Below, one piece after another: positions 53,269 through 63,934 of a DNA stretch of 63,934 nucleotides. Source of the stretch: Albugo candida (taxonomy: Eukaryota); NCBI GenBank assembly GCA_040437565.1, contig JBDOQK010000018.1:372067-436000 (forward strand). The letters run 5' to 3'. Each line of letters begins with the position of its first letter. The first letter of the stretch is position 1. The notes under the pieces are model-generated. The model made no database searches, was not told where the DNA came from, and worked only from the letters and a program-made list of their open reading frames with translations. The translations under genes and the position numbers were made by a program.

Positions 53269-55169
53269 GCCTGTCAGCCGATTGAGGGTCTCTCAATGGC
53301 AGGATCTCCAGAAAAAATTTCTCTCAAAGTGCTTGCGGTCACCACTACTGTACCGTTCGCAACGAAGTCCAGGAATTTAATCATACTAGACACGACAAAT
53401 CTTGCGATTGATGAAGTTGCTTCACGTAGACTTAAATGCATCAAAGCCATTGGGATCAAACAAAATTGTTTCGTCTTCGATTATAGGGCACACATTCTTC
53501 CAATATATCAACTGGAATGTCCTCCAGCGGGAAGAAATGGAGCCGGAATGAGTGCCGAATGTATTCGATGATGCTGATGCCAAGTGTATTGACAGTGAGA
53601 TGTTGAATCAGCTTCCAGTGGGCATGCCAGAGTGGGGACCATGCTCAATTGGGAGCGTGAGTACTTCCAGAATCTACTCTTCAACCAAACCAAATGCAAA
53701 CATTAGCGCTTCACAAAGAGTTGTACCATGAGTCTCATTAGTAGCCTCGAATATGGCAAAGACAAGAAGACTCCCTTGGATGAACGTTGCAACAAAACAG
53801 TTCAAATTTCTGGCAAGGAGCTGTGCCGCTTCCTCTTTGGCATATCAGGAAGGAACCGCAGCACATGTAAGTGCTTTTGCAATCAGTGCACTCTAAAGAC
53901 TTGAGGTCGAGACGACCGAATTTCTGTAGCACTCCATCTTGAACACTGTTGATGAGCGATTACGGGATGTACGACAATGTGAAGCCACGCTCGGTCAAAT
54001 ATCCATTCGTTGCTACCATCATGTAAACTTGCGCGCGCACAATGATCCTGTTGCTCAGCTATGAGTCCTCCTGGGGTGACATTCGGTTCTCGTCGAGATG
54101 AAAATTCGATTCTCCATGAAAATTTGAGTCTGTAAAGACAGTTGGTAGCGATAGCAGGCTTTCGCTCATCTCATTGATACAGTCGGGTACTCATGCTCGT
54201 TCTACTCCTCTAATCACATCATGACGCTCTTTCCCACCAATTTTGACAGACTTCATTAGGAACATGAATCTGTTTGCACTATCCTGAGACTCCACAGCAT
54301 TGATCTAGTTCCGGTCATTGTCTGGATCCATTCAGGTCGCGTGCATGTTTGCGGGATAGTGGAAGCGAGCGTTACGAGCCCTACAGATGTCGATATTCGA
54401 TCGTGATGATACGGCTTATTCACTTTTCCCGGACATATATAATCCTATTTCGTAAATGAGTCGCCAAAAGCGACAGCTACGAATCAATACAATAAAACTT
54501 TATCCGAAAAGTTGAACTTGTTACGTCTCAGATATTAAGGGTACGCTGAAGGGTTTCATCCGATTCACCACTTGATTCCCAAGAATTGGTCCAGCATTCT
54601 CTCTAATCTCTCTTACTCATTTGCAAGCAGTCTCTTATTGACGCAGGAGAGGATACACCGTGTCCTGTCCATGAAGCCGATGTCAAGCGCATCAATGATG
54701 AAATGATGACATAAAAAAAGAAACTGATTTCCTGCTTTTGGGTGAGAATTGATTGAGGCTTTTTTTAATCCTTGTTGATGAGGTCGCATATCAGCAGTGA
54801 GTATACCAGCCTGAAAGAATAATTTAAATGGTCATCCCATTGGTTGAGTCTTCTCAGGGATCGACGTGCCCGCGGTCAAACGCTAGAAGGGCTCAATGCA
54901 GATAACGAGAATTGTGTTCATTGTAATTCCTTTGCCGATGTTATTGTTCGCTCTGGATAGCCTGATTGAGTACTGTAATTGACACAAATGCGCATTCTAA
55001 AGCACGTTCTGCTTCTAATATGGCACGAGAGAACATTTTTGGGAAGTGATATCTATTAAATGTAAAAGGTCCGTAGTTCACTTTACTAGCTAGTCTAAGC
55101 CTTCTCGTACTGGACGCCCGCAGCAATTATTTATTGTCCAATAGCTGCAAATTTATTAGACTGATGTGT

Positions 55170-55920
55170 TCCACACTAGGTAAGGGACAATCTTAGAATC
55201 GAAGATATACGTAGCAGATCGCATTTTTCGTGTCGAAAATCGAAAATGTACTTGACAAATGCGACAATGATTACGTTCGTGTTTGGGCGGCTCAAGCTCG
55301 AGTTCCTGTAAAGTGCGACGTGATCGACCCGTTCTCGTTGTAAGAATGCGCTGATATGAGCGAGTGAACTTACGCGCCGTCGACAAAAATAAAAGTAGAG
55401 CAATCGTAAAAGCCGAAAATTCCCTTTGTGATTTTCTCAAACGCGCGAATGATTTTAACGTATCCTTTTCCTTCGCACTCTGTTTACTCGTACCCCATTT
55501 TACGAACACTTCCTCGCACCAATCCGATCTCGTGACTGATGACCGGACAACACGACGATTTGACGAATTCATGAAGCGAACCAACCTTACCGGCTAGTAG
55601 TTGCCACTCAAACATACGGAATCCTATTTCGAAATCATGACGTTGGCAGCTCGATAGCGGCTCATTATATTGCTATTCTGATGCATCCTGGCGTCTACTG
55701 CTGGAGGTGCCTGCCTATCTGTAGAGCACTGATTTCCATAATGTCGTCCGAACTCAAGTGCGCATATGGTCGCGTTTTGTCAGTTGTAGTCGTGTCAAAG
55801 AAGACTGCGAATTCATCCAAAGTAGTATTTGGAAAGAGATCTATCTGGTCGCACCACGTACCACTCCAACAGTGCTTTTTAGAGAATGCCATGTAGGTGG
55901 ATCTCTTTGCCATTCATGAA
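55170..55920 (-). pseudogene. Decayed START-like plus FYVE-type zinc-finger gene (family expanded in oomycetes)
   Basis: Fragments in different frames: TTLDEFAVFFDTTTTDKTRPYA...DDIMEISAL, SLAHISAFLQRERV, and PKHERNHCRICQVHFRFSTRK. Stops and frameshifts lie between them. Confidence 0.5.
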
Positions 55921-56959
55921 TCGCTTACGATCATTTTGGGACCACCTCAATGGAACTATATCAGTGCTATGGAGTAGGCTTGGCTACTGCATGTGAGGAT
56001 CATTCAATGTGTGTCAGTTTTGCTGATCAAAGAGCCAATTTCATTGATTTTTTAGCATGCATTTTCCCATCCGTATGTCAATTGTTAACCAAGTAACGGT
56101 GCAAGCGGATCGTCGCTGGCTACTGCGAACAAGCAGGTATGGGATTGCTCAAACTTGGCTTCGGAAGTGGACGTCGTACTTGACGCTTACACAAAACTTG
56201 CATATGCAAGTTGTCTTTGAAGAGACGATCACCAGATAGGTATCTGATTGCGTGTGGTGGCGCGACATCCCTCAAATGCTGAATTGATTCACCGCAGCAC
56301 GGACGTCTTCTCGTACACTCCGGCAGGATAAAATTAATACGCCCGCATATAGCTATTATTCTCGTACTAGCTTCTGAACGCGTGTAATACGACATCAAGC
56401 AGCATAAGCCCCGAGGAATTGTTCGCGATATGACTTTTCCACTGAAATGATAGCTTAAAGTCTAGTCCGGACATAAACATAAACACTTTCACGCAAGCAA
56501 GTGAAACAGCAAATTCTGTTTTTCAATTATAGAATAAAATCGACCTAAAGCCTCCTAATATCGGCTTCGGGCTTGAGTTGTGCCTGTACAAAGCACTCAA
56601 ACCATAAACTGTAACCATAGCTAGATCGTATTTCCGCTGAGCGCTTTAATCGGCTTTATCTCGACCAGTCGGTAAGGTCATTTCCAGTGTGAATCAGTTT
56701 TTTTATGCGCCGTGTAACATTTCAATGTAGACACGTTCCTTCTGTGCGTGTCCACGTCTTGCAGCTGGAATCGGTGTGATGCTCCAAGCACGCGCTCGTG
56801 CATACTATCCAGTGTATGCTGTAATTCTTTCGCGTGTGCCTGCATCTAGTTCAATTTTTGTTCAGAGAACGTTACTTTCCTGGTCCTCCTGTTGGCTGAA
56901 GGACTACGCTGGAAGAGTTTTTCCAAGCAATGCAGTAGACGCCCCTACTCGAGGCGACG

Positions 56960-58990
56960 TGATACTATTTGGTTCAATTTCGATCTACATAGTACAAATA
57001 GTACCAATACACGGCCGATATCCGATACGTGCTTCTATCTGATTCGTCTATACCGTGTGAAGATTCGTGACGACTTGGATCCTTTGCGTAAGTTCTGCCG
57101 ACTAATAAAGGTTCATCTGTGTCGATATTTGCTGTGAACTCAAGCACATCACCCTCGAACCTCTTCGACACTTGAAAGTGGAATCATTAACAAGAGTCAG
57201 AGTATCCGTGAGTAGAAACGGACATTTTAATTTCCTGTATCCAATTCAGATCATTCAGGTGTGAAAGTTTTTAGAAGGGGTATAATCCAACCAGCTCATT
57301 CCAGGATATACATACATAATTGGTGCGAACACAAAAGTAGGTTCAATCAGGAATAAATCGTAGCACATGGATTTAGAGCAAGCGCCAAGCATGGCTTGAG
57401 AATTCGCTACGATCCTACCGAGACTCAAGCATGGTGAAAGGGGAGCATCAAAATCGATTTATGGCCCTTAGCTAGGTCTATCGAGCTCGGAGCTTCACAT
57501 GGACTCATGTTATGAACTAAACAAGTGTTGCATGTGGTCCACCAGCAATCAGAAATCGATACCGCGTATTGACCTGAAGTGCTGATGTGATAACTGTCAC
57601 TACCTATCGGATCCTTAGATCTCATCAAATGGATAATACAAAGGATGCGATAAAGCGCGTTTTTTTCCCGAGAATTGACATTCACAGATCGCATTGGATT
57701 ATCGAGCACGACATAAAAGCATCCAAAGCAGCCAAACAACGCGCTATCCCCAGCAAAGGTAGAAACCAATGGGAGGGGTTTTCAAAAAACGAGCGCCATC
57801 ATTTTTGGTGTCCCCGTCGGGTTGCAACAACTATTTTGTACCCAATCGACAACATAGCCAACGTTTTTGAATCGTCACTTGCATATGCTTTCGACGAATT
57901 ATGCTGGCTAATGTTCGTATGTGAGAGTACGGCGAGCAAGGTTGCGTAGAAATACGATGTTCTGCAAAAACCTAGCACATTGGAAATTATTGATTGACAT
58001 GGATAGTTTTCTACGCAATCAAATGCGATATCAATGAAAGTGAGAACGTGTTTGGCAGTATCCCAGCCGAAGGGTTTGGATCACATACTCCTTCATTATG
58101 TCGTAGAGTTATGACACGGTCCGTACAAGCCATGGAGAAGAGCGTACATTCGTAATTTATTGGGTGACGTGACCAAACGATTTGTATCTCAAGGAGCCAG
58201 TGCCTATCGCCTTATATTCGATCCTCGTCCAGCATCTTGATACCAACGCTACGTAGAGATACTTGGAGGGGAACCAAAAAAGTCGTCCAACACTTAAAGC
58301 GCATAGACGTGTCTGACGATATAGCTTGGGCAGTACGAAATGCCCATAAGATGACAAGAATACGGTATGCAAATGAATGGGAGCAATCGAGGGAACAACA
58401 GGGATACTAAGTCAACGCAATAAATGATCATTGAAGACCTACGACATTGAAATGCTGGTCGACGATCTATATACTCGCATATTTCCTATGGTTTTGTGTG
58501 GGCGATACATTCAGTGCTGGTCATTCTGTTACCGCGATTACGTTCCATTACGTTATGATGCCATCACATTTACATAAATAGTGATTGGTGATATGATTTT
58601 CTTGGTCGTGCAGAAAATTGCAACAGGTATGCAATCCGTATGCTCAGTATTTCAGTGCTTCAACAAAATGGTGCGTATATGTTTACAGCTTCTTGCGTGA
58701 CAATGAGACTTGCTGCGCAATGTATTACTGCAGCATTGCTCGCTGACATTTCTATAGCAGATGAGGCGTCATTATGGATTGTATGGAAGAAGCATATTAC
58801 CATGGGCTTTTTCGTTGCGAGCATCTCGATCATAAGTGTAAACTCCTAGGTCTAACACCAATGGCTTTTTGCTGGCGATAATTCGTGCGGTGTCGATGAA
58901 GATAATGAGTTGCTATCATTTGTACAAAAACAAATGTAGCAGATCCTTAGATATGAACTTTGCAACGGATGTTGTGGACATTCATCGAAT
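56960..58990. repeat. Diverged segmental duplicate (3' flank of paralog 3), paralogous to ~47130-48900
   Basis: Carries the same collinear words as 47130-48900. Confidence 0.8.
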
Positions 58991-59239
58991 GGGGGGCTAT
59001 GGCTTTGTAGCATTTCCTTGATCACGAGCGATAGTGATTGTAGTATTGCGTTTTCCAAGCTCAAATGACCGGAAAGAGCCCTCACTTTGATCTCATTGAA
59101 ATGCTAGAAATTGTGGTATATAGAGCGCACAGCGCATTTCATAGTGAGTAAGCTGCTCGAACAAAAATGAATCGAGATCTGAATTATAGTGATTATTCTC
59201 CTCTTAATCTATTGTAGACTAAGCTATTCTTTTGATCTT

Positions 59240-61024
59240 CTACATTTTCCCCATTTTTTTGCCTTTAGCAAATCTCGTAGACGGGGCTTTAGTTCCGAAA
59301 AACCTGCGCAACCCAAATGAAGTCATCCCAAGTAGGATGACAGCCAGCAAAACCGAAGTAAGAGCCCATAGAATGGAGTATTCAGAGTTCTGATTGTTTT
59401 TTGTCTGAGTAGACGGCAAGAGAAGACGCATAGATTGCTTTGATGGTGCTGGTTTTTGATACCCGTTTCTTCCCAAACACTCCTCATATTCTTCTTTCGT
59501 TATGAACCATTGCGTACCACAAATAACTTGTGCCCGACATTTCATACTAATGCAGTAATCCTTAAATTGGGGTGCTCGTGCCTTTGAATTCCAATAATAG
59601 TTTTTAACTAAATCTTGATCCTTTTCCATCTGTGTGACCATGTTTCTCAAGCTTCTTAGTGATAGATCCTTGAGATGGTACGATCTACAAGTAAACGTTC
59701 AGATTCAGTCATTCAATCCAGTTATACTGGCCGAGAATTCTTACTCTGTAGCCTGGAATAAAGGCTCAAACTTGACTTTTTTATCATTGATATCTGATCC
59801 GTGAAGAAAGAAGTCGGTCAACTCATATGTTCTCGGATCGTATTCCCATACGATGAATGCTGGGTTATTGAAATACTTTGGAGAGATTGCCGTGGTAATG
59901 AATAAGGGAGGAAGATCTTCATCCATCGATATTCGTACTTCACTCACATGCAAATGTCCAAACAGTTGAGCTTTGATAATGTTTTTGTATTCCCTAATGA
60001 TAGATAGATATTCTTTCATGAAAGGAGCAAGCCACTGTACTTCTGCTCCATGTGTACCCACAGCCGGCGGAATATGCCCACATATTAACACATTTATCTT
60101 GTTTTTATTCCGTATCATCTCTAGCTGCTTTCTGAGCCATTCAAATTGCCCAAGTGGATCTCCGATCGTACCGAATTTGGTTTCTTTGTGGTGATAGGAC
60201 CAAACAGCCGTATTCAATGTGATCACCACAAAATTATCATCAACTTTGTAGATATCATATCCCTTTTTTTTGAACTGATCCAAGTGCCCTTTGGAAAGTT
60301 TCTTTTTCCAAGCACCGGCTATTTCTTTAATTTGCTCAATTTCCCCCCCCTCTTCGTTTGGAATCTTGCAAGCATAGCCTGGACCTACAAGATTGAAAGA
60401 ATTAGTTACATACTAAAATAGTTTGCGTCACTTACTTGTATCGGTGTTTCCGAACAGTGTGCTAATCGACATCACATCTGGAAATTCCTTGTACATTATA
60501 TCAATATTAATCGTGACCCTCTCTACAACTTTTACAATGGGCGTCCAATTTTCTGCTGCTTTCTTCTCCCCCTCTTTAGGCTTCAACGGAGGGTCGTGGG
60601 AACTGCTGTCACCGGTAAATAAAAATATGTCTGGAGGTCTTTCCTTAAAAATGGTTTTGGCATAGATCAGTGCCGTGTTGATTAGTTCGATTGGGGAATC
60701 TTTGCCGTAAACTATATCAACCATTTCATGATGATTTCTGAGGGAGTAATGTTCTGTAGATTTCGAGTCATCGTTGTCTCCGGTTTTCCGGTACCGTTTC
60801 TCTCCAGCTTCNNNNNNNNNNNNNNNNNNNNNNNNNNNNNNNNNNNNNNNNNNNNNNNNNNNNNNNNNNNNNNNNNNNNNNNNNNNNNNNNNNNNNNNNN
60901 NNNNNNNNNNNGGGGAATTTGGTTCTGGTAATCTCGTGTAATTTAGGTGATTGTCTGAGAAGTGCAAGATATATTTTCTTTCGGCCTTGAGTTTGAAGTG
61001 GTGCGGCGATCCAGATGTGGCCAT
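59240..61024 (-). CDS. Acid sphingomyelinase/Ppn1-like metallophosphoesterase, paralog 3; 3 exons; N gap in exon 1; C-terminal TM
   Basis: HFSDNH, FTGDSSSH, GNTD, DPLGQFEWL, CGHIPP, LFGHLH, AISPKYFNNPAF. TM ILWALTSVLLAVILLGM. The first true ATG (MATSG) is at 61024. Confidence 0.85.
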
Positions 61025-61044
61025 TCTACTTATTCGCAATCGAT

Positions 61045-61061
61045 CAAATTCGAAAATGAGC
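61045..61061 (-). promoter_or_regulatory. Oomycete INR+FPR core promoter of paralog 3
   Basis: Minus strand GCTCATTTTCGAATTTG, close to the consensus, ending 20 bp before the ATG. Confidence 0.6.
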
Positions 61062-61249
61062 TACAATATGCTTGAATGGAGTGTTTTTGCGTCAGTGTTA
61101 GCCCTTACCGCAAGACAACGACTCGTTCACGGAACATTGAGTCACAGATAGTCGATTCAATACAATGCTGCATATAACGTGAAAGATTGCAACACCACGT
61201 CTTCCATGGATCAGATAAAGGTGTCTATAATGGAATAATGGAGGTTAGA

Positions 61250-62110
61250 GGCTGCAATGTCGCAATTATGTAACAAAGGCTAGAGGTATATCGGGCGACG
61301 GAGGTAGCAAAAAGTACTTGCGACATGTGGTGACAACATTACATTTGTTAGAATCGGGTACGGTGAGGATGGTGAGTGAACAAGCCTGCATAGAACCAAA
61401 TTTGACGCTGCTTCTGTTCACATGTAGTGATGCACGACTGCCCGATTCCTGGACGGAATGCAATTCTTACGACAGGTGGTGAATTAGGCATCCTATGTGT
61501 ATGCTCCGTCGCTAAAGATCCTCTTTACATTGCCTTTGATGTCCTGGATAGAGAGACCATTCATCTACAAATCAACCTCTCTATATAGTACCACATCAAA
61601 CGATCCTCCTTCAGCTATGCTTGCGGTTCCTTAGAATCCGATCTGCGCAACATGAAGATCATGGACTTTTAAAAACTGCTGGCAGGTTACCACCAACGCG
61701 CTGGATGAAGTGCCTAGTGAGATTTGTATCTAGCAGCACTCGGCAAGCTTCTCGAGAATGACAGGCCGTGTAATCATTACGGAAGTGGTAACTCAGCCTC
61801 GTCCCCATCGTGGCTTTGCTTCCGTCTCTACTATGCTTGTGGTTCCTTAGAATCCAACCCTGCGCAGCATGATAACACAACGCGCTGCATGCATTGCCGT
61901 TGTAAGATTTGTACCCAGCAGCACTCCACAAACCTCTTCCTCTTGAAGATTACCGACCACGCGGTCGTGTAGTGTTTGTGCTCGAGGCAAGCTATAATGT
62001 GAGAAAGAAGGCTCATGAAGCCTCTCTGAATCTGTTAAAAACTTCAGTTCGAAAGTATTAAGTCAGCCTCGTCCATATCGTGGCTTTTCTTCTGCCTCTA
62101 CTTCTCCTGA
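61250..62110. repeat. 5' flank of paralog 3, paralogous to the 5' flanks of paralog 1 (~45860-46850) and paralog 2 (~51110-51800)
   Basis: Shared blocks such as GTACGGTGAGGATGGTGAGTGAACAAGCCTGCATAGAACC and ATGAAGTGCCTAGTGAGATTTGTATCTAGCAGC, and CGTGGCTTTGCTTCCGTCTCTAC. Confidence 0.8.
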
Positions 62111-63934
62111 CGCAGATCCCACGACAGTGCGCATGTAGCACTCCCTGCCATCGCTGTCGAACAATACTGCACAGGGTGGATGAGAGTACAGCAGGATGAA
62201 TTATCACCTGTGAGTATACCATCTGCGCAACCAGGTATATGGCATATGATTATTATATTCTCTTTGACAATAACTTCCTGCCCTAAATGCTTGATGAAAA
62301 TACCCAGAATAAATACATCAAGCTTTCATGAGCCCAAAGCGAAAGTAGGGTCAAATTCGTATGGAATGAATGGCGGCTAAAATATGCTGTGCATGCCTCC
62401 GAGTCAAGAAGTACTTGCCACCTTCAGTAGCTGCTTTAGCTTTTACTGTAGCTTAGAGACACGCGAATCAGCATGCTCTCCTTGAATAAAACATGCCGGG
62501 ATCTTGCTCATATTCCGGATAAAATCAGGACGGATTTGAGTACCTACGTTTGCCGACTATAACAGAGTCTGTGGTAATGCTACGATCGACTACGTCGACT
62601 TGGATACACTATGGGCGATCAGTGAAAACGAGGTCACCAACTTTAAGGGTGATGAACAACAAACAATCTCATACACGTCCTTCGAAAGGTTCGGTCTTGT
62701 AAGTTGGCCACGCACAAAATTTTCAACCTCAAGATTGCGCCCTTTCACTGAGCAGGGGTAATGAATGACGTTTTCTTCGGCTTCCTTAGCGTATCAGACT
62801 TCACGGTCCTACTGAACAGAATCCAGGAGTAGATAAAGCGGCGGTTTAATTGATTTGAGCCAAGTAGCAAATGTTCCCTGTATTTTTATCTTGCTGGTGA
62901 TACTCTCAGTAGCACGCAAAAGCTAGCCTTATGATGTGTCTGGCCTAATACGTTTGGGTATACACGCGCATTGTGGAACACTCTAATTGTAATCTAAGAG
63001 GGTGAGAAATTTTTCGATTGCGTTGTGTATTGTGACAACAAGGAACCTGTTGGTATGGTCGTATGAAGACAATCAAATAGTGACGTTCACGTCCTTCCGT
63101 TCATCAATTTTGGCAGTTCCAAAGAGAGCGACGTGGATGAGAGCTTCAATTTTCGATGCTGCCTCTCTCACGCCTTACCGGCGTCACGTACGCACCCTGG
63201 GTTCTAATTCCGTTTTCGCTCGATCGCCATGTAACGTTCGTATCCGGGCCTGAGAAAAAACGAGTTTTGCGTAGCACGTCCTAACATGAATGCGGAGACC
63301 TTTGAAGTGTCTACGTCCCACCCGAAAGTAGAGTCTAGCTAAAGCGCACACGATGCATAAAGTAGCAAAAGAATCGTACATGTGCACGTCGAAGCTCTGT
63401 TAACGCCTACATTCGAGGACAGAATATCTTCTTCATTTATCATGATTTATTCTTGCATATGCTCTGAGATGCGTGAGTTCGTACCAGACTATGATGTTGA
63501 TTTCATGAAAAATGAATACCAAAGATGAACTACCAAAGTTGGTTGCGATAACATGCCCATCAATTCGTCGACGAAAAAATTTGTTCAACTAGCTCGAAGA
63601 GTCAGCTTGGCGCACAGACACGGCAAAAAATTAGATAAGAAGAGACGAGAAGTTGAGTACATATAAGAGGATATATTCTACTGGATGCAAGACGCTGCCA
63701 CTGCGGGCCTCAGCAGTTGGTGCAAAACGACTCAGGATTCAATTACCACAAACGGGATAGACCTAGATCGCATCATGAAGATTCTTAACCTGAACGTAAC
63801 GAAGCTCAAGCTTCCATCAAGTTTTCTCGCTAACAACGGTCTCAGCGTGGAGGTTGTGACACAATATGTTTCATCCGCTCACAAGTTTTCTACGACCCAT
63901 TCTAGAAGCCACAAGAAAGTAGGGTGTTCTGGTG

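Noticed and set aside
43000-63934. RxLR/CRN/CCG effectors or intact transposons in the gene-sparse region
   Set aside because: No signal peptide plus effector motif, and no RT, integrase or transposase motifs, were recognised in the ORFs.

Overview
This is eukaryotic DNA, most likely from an oomycete. The evidence is short (~50-90 nt) GT-AG introns, oomycete INR/FPR-type core-promoter motifs, a GPCR-PIP-kinase fusion and flagellar/transition-zone genes. The extreme compaction suggests an Albugo-like genome, but that is inference. Bases 1-43,000 form an ultra-dense housekeeping block of about 25 genes, often only 1-90 bp apart: RRP6, LRRC23-like, NCAPG2, an OSCA/CSC1 channel, GPCR-PIPK, UFD1, KIN17, THOC7, a PHP phosphoesterase, H2A.Z, calnexin, PSMB4, CHAF1B, a GNAT, COX19, centrin, MKS1, ilvC, PRORP and others. 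Bases ~43,000-63,934 are gene-sparse and built from tandem segmental duplications. They carry three diverged acid-sphingomyelinase/Ppn1-like metallophosphoesterase paralogs with no visible signal peptide and a single C-terminal membrane anchor, plus decayed gene fragments and a 288-bp tandem repeat. There are twelve 100-N scaffold gaps; ten are flanked by duplicated overlap sequence (assembly artefact), and one of these overlaps carries two distinct haplotypes. Exon boundaries were read by eye and are approximate. No tRNA, rRNA, CRISPR array or intact transposon was recognised.
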